Source: a virus (Duplodnaviria > Caudoviricetes). Taken from it: 43,068 bases of DNA. The notes under the pieces are model-generated. The model did no database searches. It saw nothing but the letters and a program-made list of their open reading frames with translations, and was not told the DNA's origin. Of this stretch, positions 35,491 to 43,068 are shown piece by piece (position 1 is the first letter of the stretch; every line of letters begins with the position of its first letter). The translations under genes were made by a program, and so were the position numbers. The stretch lies in the IMG/VR virus record IMGVR_UViG_3300043173_000374, positions 1 to 43,068 of that record. One strand, written 5' to 3'.

Positions 35491-35742
35491 ATGGAAGAGA
35501 CAGGTATAGACAAGGCTGTGCAGTTAGCTGGTAGCCAGAGGAGGCTCGCTAAGTTACTGCGCATTACTCAACAGGCTGTGCAGCAATGGGTTGAGACAGG
35601 TTACGTGCCGCAGGGGAGGGTAGATGATGTCCTTGATGCGGTAGATCCTGGCTGTGAGCATGTACGACCGAGGGACCTCATGGACCCTATGGTTGTGGAG
35701 ATGGTAGACAGAGCTTTTGGCGAGGAGGATGAAGCTAATTAA
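35491..35742 (+). CDS. Cro/YdaS-like HTH regulator
   Basis: AGSQRRLAKLLRITQQAVQQW; AGGAGG RBS. Confidence 0.85.
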   Translation: MEETGIDKAVQLAGSQRRLAKLLRITQQAVQQWVETGYVPQGRVDDVLDAVDPGCEHVRPRDLMDPMVVEMVDRAFGEEDEAN

Positions 35743-35840
35743 GGGAGTCCATAAGTACAAAGATGATGACTTGTGGCGAATGATGGGGAATAGAGGATAA
35801 TAAATAAACTAAGGCGGCTTTGCCTGGAAAGGATGGGGAG

Positions 35841-36152
35841 ATGGCAATAGATATTACAGAATGCGTACATTGCGGGAATAAACAGAAGACTGTAAAACCT
35901 TGGAAAAGTATTCCAACATGCAGACTTTGCAAGAAACCAATGCACCTTACAGCCAACAAAGATGCCGGGGCGAAGCTCGCTTGTAGTGACGGGCTAGTTG
36001 TGTGGCCTAATAATTGCCTGAATGAAGCTATAGGGGCATTGCGTTACTTGGCGGGCAACAAAAGACCCGAGGGAGGGCAAAATATATTTAATAGCGAGCA
36101 TCTTCTACAGATTGCAAATGAGTTGGAAGCCGTTGGAGAGAAGAACAACTAA
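35841..36152 (+). CDS. Zn-binding hypothetical protein
   Basis: CVHC and CRLC motifs; GGGGAG RBS. Confidence 0.6.
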   Translation: MAIDITECVHCGNKQKTVKPWKSIPTCRLCKKPMHLTANKDAGAKLACSDGLVVWPNNCLNEAIGALRYLAGNKRPEGGQNIFNSEHLLQIANELEAVGEKNN

Positions 36153-36219
36153 CCATTACTATGTAGCAAAACAGGCACATAACACAGAATTAGTAGTTTG
36201 ATAATTAAGGGAGGGAGAG

Positions 36220-36513
36220 ATGGCTTGTGAATATGTAAGGGAATATTATGGAGTTCAGGCTTGTATTGGGAGGAGAATAACTTATAAAAAACGCGAGGGT
36301 GTAATCGCTGCCGACAGGGGAAACTATATAGGTGTAAATTTTGATGATTGTAAGCCCAATGTGATTCTTAATTTTCATCCGAAAACAGAAGGGCTTGAAT
36401 ATGGAGAAATGGGGGAAGTACGAAAAATGACGAGATCACAAAAAAAGTATCAAGCTTATTTGGATTCGGAAATTAGTTGTACTTTTGCTGAATATTTAGG
36501 AATAAGAATATAG
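36220..36513 (+). CDS. Hypothetical phage protein
   Basis: EYVREYYGV...GRR...NFHP...MTRSQKKYQAYL motif pattern. Confidence 0.75.
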   Translation: MACEYVREYYGVQACIGRRITYKKREGVIAADRGNYIGVNFDDCKPNVILNFHPKTEGLEYGEMGEVRKMTRSQKKYQAYLDSEISCTFAEYLGIRI

Positions 36514-36523
36514 GGAGGGAGAG

Positions 36524-36700
36524 ATGGTGAAGTCATTATATATAATTTGTGCCAAGTGTGGGTCTGATGAGATAAGGTTTAATTTAGATAAGCCAGTGAA
36601 GCCAGAGGGAGAAGATTGGGACAGAGGGGTATCTATTCGTTGTCAAGATTGTGGAGAACTTACAAGTCCTGAAGAATATAACGATTGGATGAATAGATAG
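36524..36700 (+). CDS. Small zinc-ribbon protein (58 aa)
   Basis: CAKC and CQDC motifs; GGGAGGGAG RBS. Confidence 0.65.
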   Translation: MVKSLYIICAKCGSDEIRFNLDKPVKPEGEDWDRGVSIRCQDCGELTSPEEYNDWMNR

Positions 36701-36721
36701 GAGAACATAGGAGGGTAACTA

Positions 36722-37276
36722 ATGGACATTAAGAAAGCACTGGAAGAGACAGGAAAGGCAATAGGGCCTTATGAAGATGCAAAATGCTATGCTAAAATAT
36801 CACCAGATGGGCCTCTCCAATGGTTTTATTTTGAAGATGATAAGCCAGCTTGTGATGTAGGTTTTAGCCGGATCATGAAGGACGAGTGGCAACCATATCA
36901 CCCTAAAGAGGGAATCAGGCCTGAGGATGCAGGGGAGTTGTGGGCTTTTAATGCTAGATTATGCTTCACTATTGAAAAAAATGGGGAAATATATAGAGTG
37001 TGGCAGAATGGTCACGATTCCCCCAATTTACTAGAAATAAATTTAGCTTATTGCGGATCGACTAAAGGCATAATCCACAATCAAAACGGATGGAAACGCC
37101 TATCCCCTGTTGTTGAAGAGGAAGATATTGAGAGGATTGTGATTGAAGAGGTAAAGTGGTGTAAAAGTCATGGGGTAATATTTCCCGCTGCCGATACAGA
37201 CGAAGACTGGGAAGATTTAATAGGAAAACGGAGATGGAAGATGGTTCTGGAAAGGCCAAAGGAGGTCGCTACGTGA
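36722..37276 (+). CDS. Hypothetical protein
   Basis: GGAGG RBS; 184 aa. Confidence 0.7.
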   Translation: MDIKKALEETGKAIGPYEDAKCYAKISPDGPLQWFYFEDDKPACDVGFSRIMKDEWQPYHPKEGIRPEDAGELWAFNARLCFTIEKNGEIYRVWQNGHDSPNLLEINLAYCGSTKGIIHNQNGWKRLSPVVEEEDIERIVIEEVKWCKSHGVIFPAADTDEDWEDLIGKRRWKMVLERPKEVAT

Positions 37277-39762
37277 GTAATATCCAAAAGCTAATAGATA
37301 ATGGCTATTACATCATCCCGATCAAGAAAGGCGAAAAGCGACCGGCTGTTAGCAAATGGCAGGACTTGAGGATTACTGATGCCTCTGAGATCAAGTCTTT
37401 TACTGACAAGGGCTGCGGTATAGGTATCCTTACCGGTGTCGGGGAACATCCTGTCTGTGGTGTGGACATCGATTCTATGGATGAAGGGCTGGTGGATGAT
37501 TTCGTAGATTGGTTTGAGAATGAAGTATACGTAACAATTTCTAGAGAAGGCAAACCTCCTAAGCGTTTGCTGATGTGTCAAACGGAAAATCCTTATGCTA
37601 AAATTGTAAGTCGAAAATTTGAAGATTCTGAAGGCAATACACACCAGCTTGAGCTTTTAGGGACTGGCCAACAGTTCGTTGCCTATGGCGTTCATCCCGC
37701 TACTGGCGGGAAATACCAATGGGGCGATAGTGGTACTCCGACTGATACTCCTCTTAAGGAACTACCTCCCGTACATGAGATTGCTCTGAAAGGATTAGTT
37801 AACTATTTTGAACACCTTGCTCTCGATCGGGGATACACCCCTGTAACATCGGCCAAGACGGCATCAACCAAGCCGTCACCAACAGGCGATGAGGCCCTGG
37901 ACGTTCTGATGAGCTACGAGCCCGGAGTCGGTATGTCTAATGGCGACGCCGAGGCTTTGCTTGTGGCTCTCGACTGTGAGGACTACGACTTATGGATCAG
38001 GGTCGGCATGGCGCTGCACCATGAGTTTAGCGGCAGCGACGATGGCTTGGAGCTATGGGACGGATGGAGCAGTCAGGGTCTTACTTATAAGGGTAGGGGT
38101 GAGCTTACAGACCGTTGGCGAAGCTTCAACGCTGTGGGCCGGACCCCCATCACCATGCGGTCCGTACTGCATGAGGTGGAGGTGGTTAAGAAGGAAGAGG
38201 TCATAGCTGTCAAGAGGGATACCGCCGGGAAGATGTACGCCACGGTGAGAGCTTGTAGCGATCAGTTCACCCTTCTCGACCATATAGCAGGAGAGCTTGG
38301 CTCTATGGCTAATAGCGATGCGGGCCTGGTCACTGAGGCTGAGAAGCTTATCAAGCAGCGCTATAAGGAGCTGACTGATGGCGCGGTGGCTATTGGCGCT
38401 GTGCGTAAGGCTATGCGCTCAGGGCTTGGAGCTTCAAAGCTTCCGGTTAAAGCGGATGGTGTGCTTAGTTGGGCCAATCCGTGGGTCTATGTCGCCGGAG
38501 ACAATCAGTTCTTCAACACTGACACCGGCGTTGTATTCGACCCTGCCGGTTTTCGTGGTAAGTTCGGCAGTGAGATTATGGGTGAAGAGAGCGAAGGCAT
38601 GGACGTGTCCAGATGGGCGCTTGATAATCGGCTCATCCCTAAAGCTGATCGCGCTATCTACATGCCAGGCGCCGGTCGCCTATTCAAGATGGATGGAGTT
38701 GACTGCGTTAATACATATTGCCAGAGTGATGTTTGGGACCCTGAAGAAGAGAGAGCTTTGGCTAAGAACTTAGGGCATTGCACTGAGGGTTATCCAGAAG
38801 GTGACAGCGCTGAGATCTTCAAGCAACATATCCAACTGCTGATAGGTGGTGGCACATGGACCAGAGAGGCGCAGCTCTTCACCAACTTCTTACGATATAT
38901 TATTGAGAGGCCAGGTCGTAAGCTCACATGGGCCACTCTGCTTCAAGGGTCCTATGGTGATGGCAAGAGCGAACCGATTACAAGGCTTATGGGCGCCTTG
39001 CTTGGGGCGCACAATACTAATGTTATCCAGGCGCAGACCATTGAGGGGAGTATCTTCAATGATTGGGCTGAGGGGCACTGCTTTGCTATTATCGAGGAGA
39101 TAAAACTTCATGGCCATAATCGCTATGATATTCTCAATAGGATGAACGCGATCATCTCCAATGATATCGTCGAGATACACCCGAAAGGGTCGAGGACTTA
39201 CTCCACCAAGAATACAGGTAACTACTACATCACCACGAACTTTACGGACGCCGTACCTATTGTCAGCCAGGACAGGAGGTACTTCGTACTGTTTAGCAAG
39301 TTCCCGGAAGAGTACACCAACAATACGGCGTACTTTGACGCGCTGTTCAAGGCCCTTGGTGATCCTGAAGGGGTCAAAGCTGTTGGCAGATGGCTTCTTA
39401 GTGTGTCCTACCATGAGGACTTCAAGCCAAACGGCCACGCGCCCCACACTCTTGATAAGGATAGTATAGTGGAACTCTCCAGGGATATATGTGTTGATAT
39501 GATTGAAGAGTCTTTAGAAGATAGTGATAACCTTTATTTTTGCGAGGACTACATTATATACGGCCCTTTCCACGATTACATAAGCCATATTGACGGGCAA
39601 GTGACAAACCGGATGTTGAATAAATACGTCCAGGATTTAGGTTACAAATTTGTGCAGCGCCATCTCATAAATGGCAAAAGAGAACGGATTTGGGTGCGAG
39701 GTAAGACGGCAACTTACGACGATTTTGCAAAAAAATACGAGTTGAGAAAACTGATTTACTAA
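37273..39762 (+). CDS. Primase-polymerase / PriCT_2 / SF3-like helicase fusion (GTG start at 37273 probable)
   Basis: GYYIIPIKKGEKRP, GVDID, VAYGVHP; DYDLWIRVGMAL..WDGWS; GSYGDGKS, IIEEI, TTN. Confidence 0.9.
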   Translation: MSNIQKLIDNGYYIIPIKKGEKRPAVSKWQDLRITDASEIKSFTDKGCGIGILTGVGEHPVCGVDIDSMDEGLVDDFVDWFENEVYVTISREGKPPKRLLMCQTENPYAKIVSRKFEDSEGNTHQLELLGTGQQFVAYGVHPATGGKYQWGDSGTPTDTPLKELPPVHEIALKGLVNYFEHLALDRGYTPVTSAKTASTKPSPTGDEALDVLMSYEPGVGMSNGDAEALLVALDCEDYDLWIRVGMALHHEFSGSDDGLELWDGWSSQGLTYKGRGELTDRWRSFNAVGRTPITMRSVLHEVEVVKKEEVIAVKRDTAGKMYATVRACSDQFTLLDHIAGELGSMANSDAGLVTEAEKLIKQRYKELTDGAVAIGAVRKAMRSGLGASKLPVKADGVLSWANPWVYVAGDNQFFNTDTGVVFDPAGFRGKFGSEIMGEESEGMDVSRWALDNRLIPKADRAIYMPGAGRLFKMDGVDCVNTYCQSDVWDPEEERALAKNLGHCTEGYPEGDSAEIFKQHIQLLIGGGTWTREAQLFTNFLRYIIERPGRKLTWATLLQGSYGDGKSEPITRLMGALLGAHNTNVIQAQTIEGSIFNDWAEGHCFAIIEEIKLHGHNRYDILNRMNAIISNDIVEIHPKGSRTYSTKNTGNYYITTNFTDAVPIVSQDRRYFVLFSKFPEEYTNNTAYFDALFKALGDPEGVKAVGRWLLSVSYHEDFKPNGHAPHTLDKDSIVELSRDICVDMIEESLEDSDNLYFCEDYIIYGPFHDYISHIDGQVTNRMLNKYVQDLGYKFVQRHLINGKRERIWVRGKTATYDDFAKKYELRKLIY

Positions 39763-39764
39763 AA

Positions 39765-40256
39765 CTTGCAAAGAAATGCAGATTTCTAAAACGGATTTGG
39801 GGAGTGAAAAACCCGAATCCGTTTTTTTTGCAGAGTTTTTGCAAGTTTTATTTTCTGCATTTCTTTGCAGGTTTTTCTGCAATTCTTTGCAGTTCTGCAT
39901 TTCTTTGCGAGTTTTCTGCAATTCTTTGCAGTTTTACCACGGTGGATCGGCCCGATTAGGTCGAAAAGGGGCTAAAAAGGGGTCTAATCGGGCCGATTCG
40001 CTAATCGGGCAGCTAATCGGGCCACACTTAAGTTATTGTTTTATATATCTTATTCTTTATACTAACCCGATTACCCGATTAAAGTAAGTATATAGAGAGT
40101 ATAGAAAATAGAAAACGCGTTTTTCTTTCCTTCTCTGAGCTGAACGACTTGGAAACTACTCGGGTCGGGCAATCGGGCCGATGGCGAAAAACCTGCAAGA
40201 AAATGCAGAAACAGTTTTTTAAGCCATTTCTGCATTTTCTGCAATTCTTTGCAAGT
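39765..40256. repeat. Iterated, symmetric origin-like region
   Basis: Four tandem TTCTGCAWTTCTTTGC copies at 39853-39931 with related copies near 39766 and 40192-40255; AATCGGGC/CCCGATT repeats flank an AT-rich core. Confidence 0.7.
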
Positions 40257-40433
40257 TTATATTTCGGTGTTTAATTGGTCGTCTTCGAACATATCATTTT
40301 CGTATGGTAAGATGGATTCATTCAGAACTTTCCCCTGGTCGATTTGAATGGTAATTGTCACACAACCTGGAAGCAGCCAGAAAATGAAAATGATTAAGAG
40401 GATGGCGCCAATAGTTTTGATTATGTCTATCAT
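40257..40433 (-). CDS. Small lipoprotein (58 aa)
   Basis: MIDIIKTIGAILLIIFIFWLLPGC lipobox; acidic tail. Confidence 0.55.
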   Translation of the reverse strand: MIDIIKTIGAILLIIFIFWLLPGCVTITIQIDQGKVLNESILPYENDMFEDDQLNTEI

Positions 40434-40606
40434 AATAATTTCCCCTGGTCTACACAGTCCCGGATATAATCTTCAAGAGCTGCTTGCATGGAAGTCTCTT
40501 CCTTAGCGCAAAGAGCTTTAAACTGTGCCCGTTTGGACCTTTCCAAGAATATACGTACAAGTGCGGTTTTGTGTGCGGTTTTGTGTTCGATTATTTTTTT
40601 AGTCAT
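40430..40606 (-). CDS. Ribbon-helix-helix (ParG/CopG-like) protein (58 aa)
   Basis: LVRIFLERSKRAQFKALCAKEETSMQAALEDYIRDCV; GGAGGA RBS. Confidence 0.65.
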   Translation of the reverse strand: MTKKIIEHKTAHKTALVRIFLERSKRAQFKALCAKEETSMQAALEDYIRDCVDQGKLL

Positions 40607-40772
40607 TTTTCAGTTCCTCCTCGATTTCTTTTATCGCCTGTTCAATTTCATCCTCTGGCATTCCAGACCTTCTCAACCAACCTGGCAGACAGTCAGCACA
40701 TATCCCATGTGAAACAGGATGGTCCTCACCGGGCTTCATTACTAAGCTACAATCACAACATAGGGTTTTCAT
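40599..40772 (-). CDS. Small Zn-binding protein (57 aa)
   Basis: CCDC...SHGICADC. Confidence 0.6.
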   Translation of the reverse strand: MKTLCCDCSLVMKPGEDHPVSHGICADCLPGWLRRSGMPEDEIEQAIKEIEEELKND

Positions 40773-40804
40773 GTTAAAGCCCCTTAGAATTGATTTATGG
40801 GCGT

Positions 40805-40999
40805 TTAGTCGTCAGCTTCAAGCATTGTTTCTGCCTTGAAATGCGTTTCAAGATAATCCGATAATGCATTCTTGTTCTTTGATAGGTTTTCCGCCTCGCA
40901 AAGAGATAGAAACAATTTGCTGATGGCTATGTCTATGTTCTGTTGTCTCACATTCTCTTTGCCCTGGTTGATCTGCTCTTGGTTTCCGAACTGTAACAT
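40805..40999 (-). CDS. Early hypothetical protein
   Basis: GGAGGGA RBS. Confidence 0.6.
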   Translation of the reverse strand: MLQFGNQEQINQGKENVRQQNIDIAISKLFLSLCEAENLSKNKNALSDYLETHFKAETMLEADD

Positions 41000-41002
41000 T
41001 TT

Positions 41003-41287
41003 TTAATCCCTCCCTTCTGCTTTGTTGATGGCGTTTTCGAGTAGATCAGACATTTTACTTTTGCCCATGTTAAGATCGGGCCACAGTATAGAGGGAGATT
41101 CTGTAAAGTGTTTATACACATATTTGCAAGCCTCCAACAGCTCAGGGCTTGTAGCTATTAGCTGTGCGTTTGCTTTTGACTCTTCTTCCCCTCCATTTTG
41201 CCTAATAAGCGCGATTGTTGCGCCGTCTTCTTCACCGTAAACCATCCCTTCTTTACCATACCAAGGCCCTTTTGTATGTTCACTCAT
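41003..41287 (-). CDS. Early phage protein (HTxGPW...ANAxLIAxxPELLEA type)
   Basis: Characteristic motif pair. Confidence 0.8.
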   Translation of the reverse strand: MSEHTKGPWYGKEGMVYGEEDGATIALIRQNGGEEESKANAQLIATSPELLEACKYVYKHFTESPSILWPDLNMGKSKMSDLLENAINKAEGRD

Positions 41288-41303
41288 TTTTCAATACCTC
41301 CTG

Positions 41304-41678
41304 TTAATGGTTTAATTCAACCTGTTTCTTTTGTTCGTTGTAGGCTTTCCGGCCCTCTTTCAATACTGTATGGATCATATCAGAAAAATAGCTTCCATGC
41401 TTTTCGTTTTTGACCCCTAGATTATCCCGGAACGCCTCATAAGATTCATAGATGCATTGCCCTAAATAGTCAGACGCTAATTCTTGCCCTGTCTGCTTAT
41501 CGATTAACAATGCCTTAGCACAAAAAACAACAAGCTCTCCTGATTCAAGGCTTCTTATAGTGGCGCGCTTGCAGTCCTCATCAAACATATCAAAATTTAC
41601 ATCATACTCTTCCAGGGCGTTCATTTCTAACTTGAAGTTTTCCGTTTCAAACTTGTATATCGTCGCTAATTTTTCCAT
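41304..41678 (-). CDS. Early hypothetical protein
   Basis: AGGAGG RBS; LASDYLGQCIY and YFSDMI motifs. Confidence 0.7.
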   Translation of the reverse strand: MEKLATIYKFETENFKLEMNALEEYDVNFDMFDEDCKRATIRSLESGELVVFCAKALLIDKQTGQELASDYLGQCIYESYEAFRDNLGVKNEKHGSYFSDMIHTVLKEGRKAYNEQKKQVELNH

Positions 41679-41750
41679 TGTCTTTTCCTCCTCTTTTATT
41701 GTTTAACCGCTTAATCGGCCCACCTGGGAAGAGGTAGGCCTGTTAAATGG

Positions 41751-42635
41751 TTAATTAAGGTTTAACTGTTTTATGAGACTATCAATTTCAACCTGGTGGA
41801 ACATGTGACAGCCTATCTTTAACGCTTCTCCGTCATAGCTTATAACGGTGTAATGGCCCAAAGACAACCCTTTAACGCTCTTGCCTTGTGCGATGCGCTT
41901 CAAGGCAATTTTAACTTCTTTCAAAGGTGCGCTTGCGCTTCTCATGCTCTCGACATTATCACCATTAATCCGGCAAACGTCGTATACCTCACGGTGGGCG
42001 AAGCGGTTATGCCTCACGTTATAAGCTGAAGCGATTTTATTTGCTTTCCAAAGTTCGACGTCTTCCAGGAACTCGACATACTCAAGCTTATCTTGCTTTC
42101 TTTGTTTGGCCTCTTTTCTCTTCTTTGTGGCCTCAGCTTTCCTTTCCCTTTCCTTAATTGTTTTCATTACCTCTTCAGGGATGGAGAAGTCATATTTTGG
42201 GATCTTCCAGCCTTTGATTTTGAAGGTTGTTTTTAATTCGATAAGCTGATTATATACACTTTCTGCTGTGTTCATATAATCAAGCTTTCTTTGTCTCGCT
42301 TTGATTGCTTTCTTAAGGTTGTATTCAATTTCTCTTATGGCTGAAGATAAGTTTTCAGGGTCAGCGGGCCAGGACGGATTGTTACAATATAGTATCTCTT
42401 TATCATAAGGCAGCGCACTTCCCACATGGCTGCAATGCTGTGAAGTTGAAACACTATAGTCGCGATTAGTAAAGAGAACCAAGTTACTAAAGTAATGTTT
42501 TGCAATAGCGAAGTGCCTACCGTATGAATATATCGTTTTATCTTCAAAGAACATGTTTCCGCTCGTTCCCTCTGCCTGTACTTCATTAGCCCAAAAATGC
42601 GCCACCTCTTGATGATTTCTTAGTGTTCTTCTCAT
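41751..42635 (-). CDS. Early hypothetical protein
   Basis: YSYGRHFAIA, YSVSTSQH and KIGCH motifs; shared leader. Confidence 0.75.
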   Translation of the reverse strand: MRRTLRNHQEVAHFWANEVQAEGTSGNMFFEDKTIYSYGRHFAIAKHYFSNLVLFTNRDYSVSTSQHCSHVGSALPYDKEILYCNNPSWPADPENLSSAIREIEYNLKKAIKARQRKLDYMNTAESVYNQLIELKTTFKIKGWKIPKYDFSIPEEVMKTIKERERKAEATKKRKEAKQRKQDKLEYVEFLEDVELWKANKIASAYNVRHNRFAHREVYDVCRINGDNVESMRSASAPLKEVKIALKRIAQGKSVKGLSLGHYTVISYDGEALKIGCHMFHQVEIDSLIKQLNLN

Positions 42636-42724
42636 TTTTCAATCCCTCCTGTTAAAGTGTTTATGTTATGTTCTTAATCCCTTAGTCCTGCCCTCTATCC
42701 TCCAATAAAGGGCAGGGTGAAGGA

Positions 42725-43036
42725 TTAAAGCTGCTTGCTTAGTTCGTCAACTTCGTCTTTCAACTTCTTGATACTCCATTGTATCTTGTCAATATTTGTC
42801 TGTACCGCAGTCTTGCGGTCTTTGAACTCGTCATAAGTCTCGTAACAGTCTGCAATGTGTGAGGCTATGAACTCATAGTACTGTTTAGGTGTGTATGTGA
42901 AATGCGTGAACGCTTTACCATCTGCATAGTAACAGTCGATACGGTATCTGTTAACCCCTGCGTCCTTACCCTTTAAATCCATAAATTTAAAATTAACTTC
43001 TTTCATCTCTGTGTAAAACTGAACGCCCTTTTTCAT
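42725..43036 (-). CDS. First early gene, hypothetical protein
   Basis: Shared leader; downstream of the 141-169 promoter on the circle. Confidence 0.7.
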   Translation of the reverse strand: MKKGVQFYTEMKEVNFKFMDLKGKDAGVNRYRIDCYYADGKAFTHFTYTPKQYYEFIASHIADCYETYDEFKDRKTAVQTNIDKIQWSIKKLKDEVDELSKQL

Positions 43037-43068
43037 CTCTCAATCCCTCCCGGTTAAAGTGTTTACCT
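42942..43068. repeat. Terminal overlap identical to 1-127
   Basis: Exact match. Confidence 0.95.

Noticed and set aside
39776-40087. 103-aa ORF, or a CRISPR array, in the repeat region
   Set aside because: The translation is repeat-derived low complexity, and the repeats are nearly abutting with no unique spacers.

Overview
The window is an essentially complete, circularly assembled ~42.9 kb tailed dsDNA phage genome with podovirus-type architecture; positions 1-127 repeat exactly at 42942-43068, an assembly overlap. The host is probably Gram-negative (spanin pair, lipoproteins, beta-barrel). Plus strand 261-24042 holds packaging (HTH/terS-like, terL), portal, scaffold and major capsid. A methyltransferase-sulfotransferase-glycosyltransferase cassette follows the capsid, then adaptor, nozzle, ejection proteins, a signal-peptide-bearing fibre and an expanded lysis cassette. 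Minus strand 24144-34657 is an APSE/Bbp-like replication block (family A polymerase, SNF2 helicase, VRR-NUC, DUF2815 SSB, DUF2800 nuclease) plus phosphoesterase, methylase-like and DUF1599-like genes. Plus strand 34729-39762 has small genes, a Cro-like HTH and a primase-helicase, followed by an iterated origin-like region. Minus strand 40257-43036 is an early-gene array with a shared leader. No integrase or CI-like repressor is recognisable. The most striking non-coding signals cluster around terS: tandem NrdR-like boxes 31 bp apart over the promoter, two perfect DnaA boxes, a dif-like XerCD site, a G-quadruplex-type tract and two multibranched RNAs. A promoter-to-terminator small RNA at ~24067-24131 carries an anti-SD/anti-AUG segment whose spacing matches the early-gene leaders. 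All product calls come from motif recognition and synteny; no database search was run.
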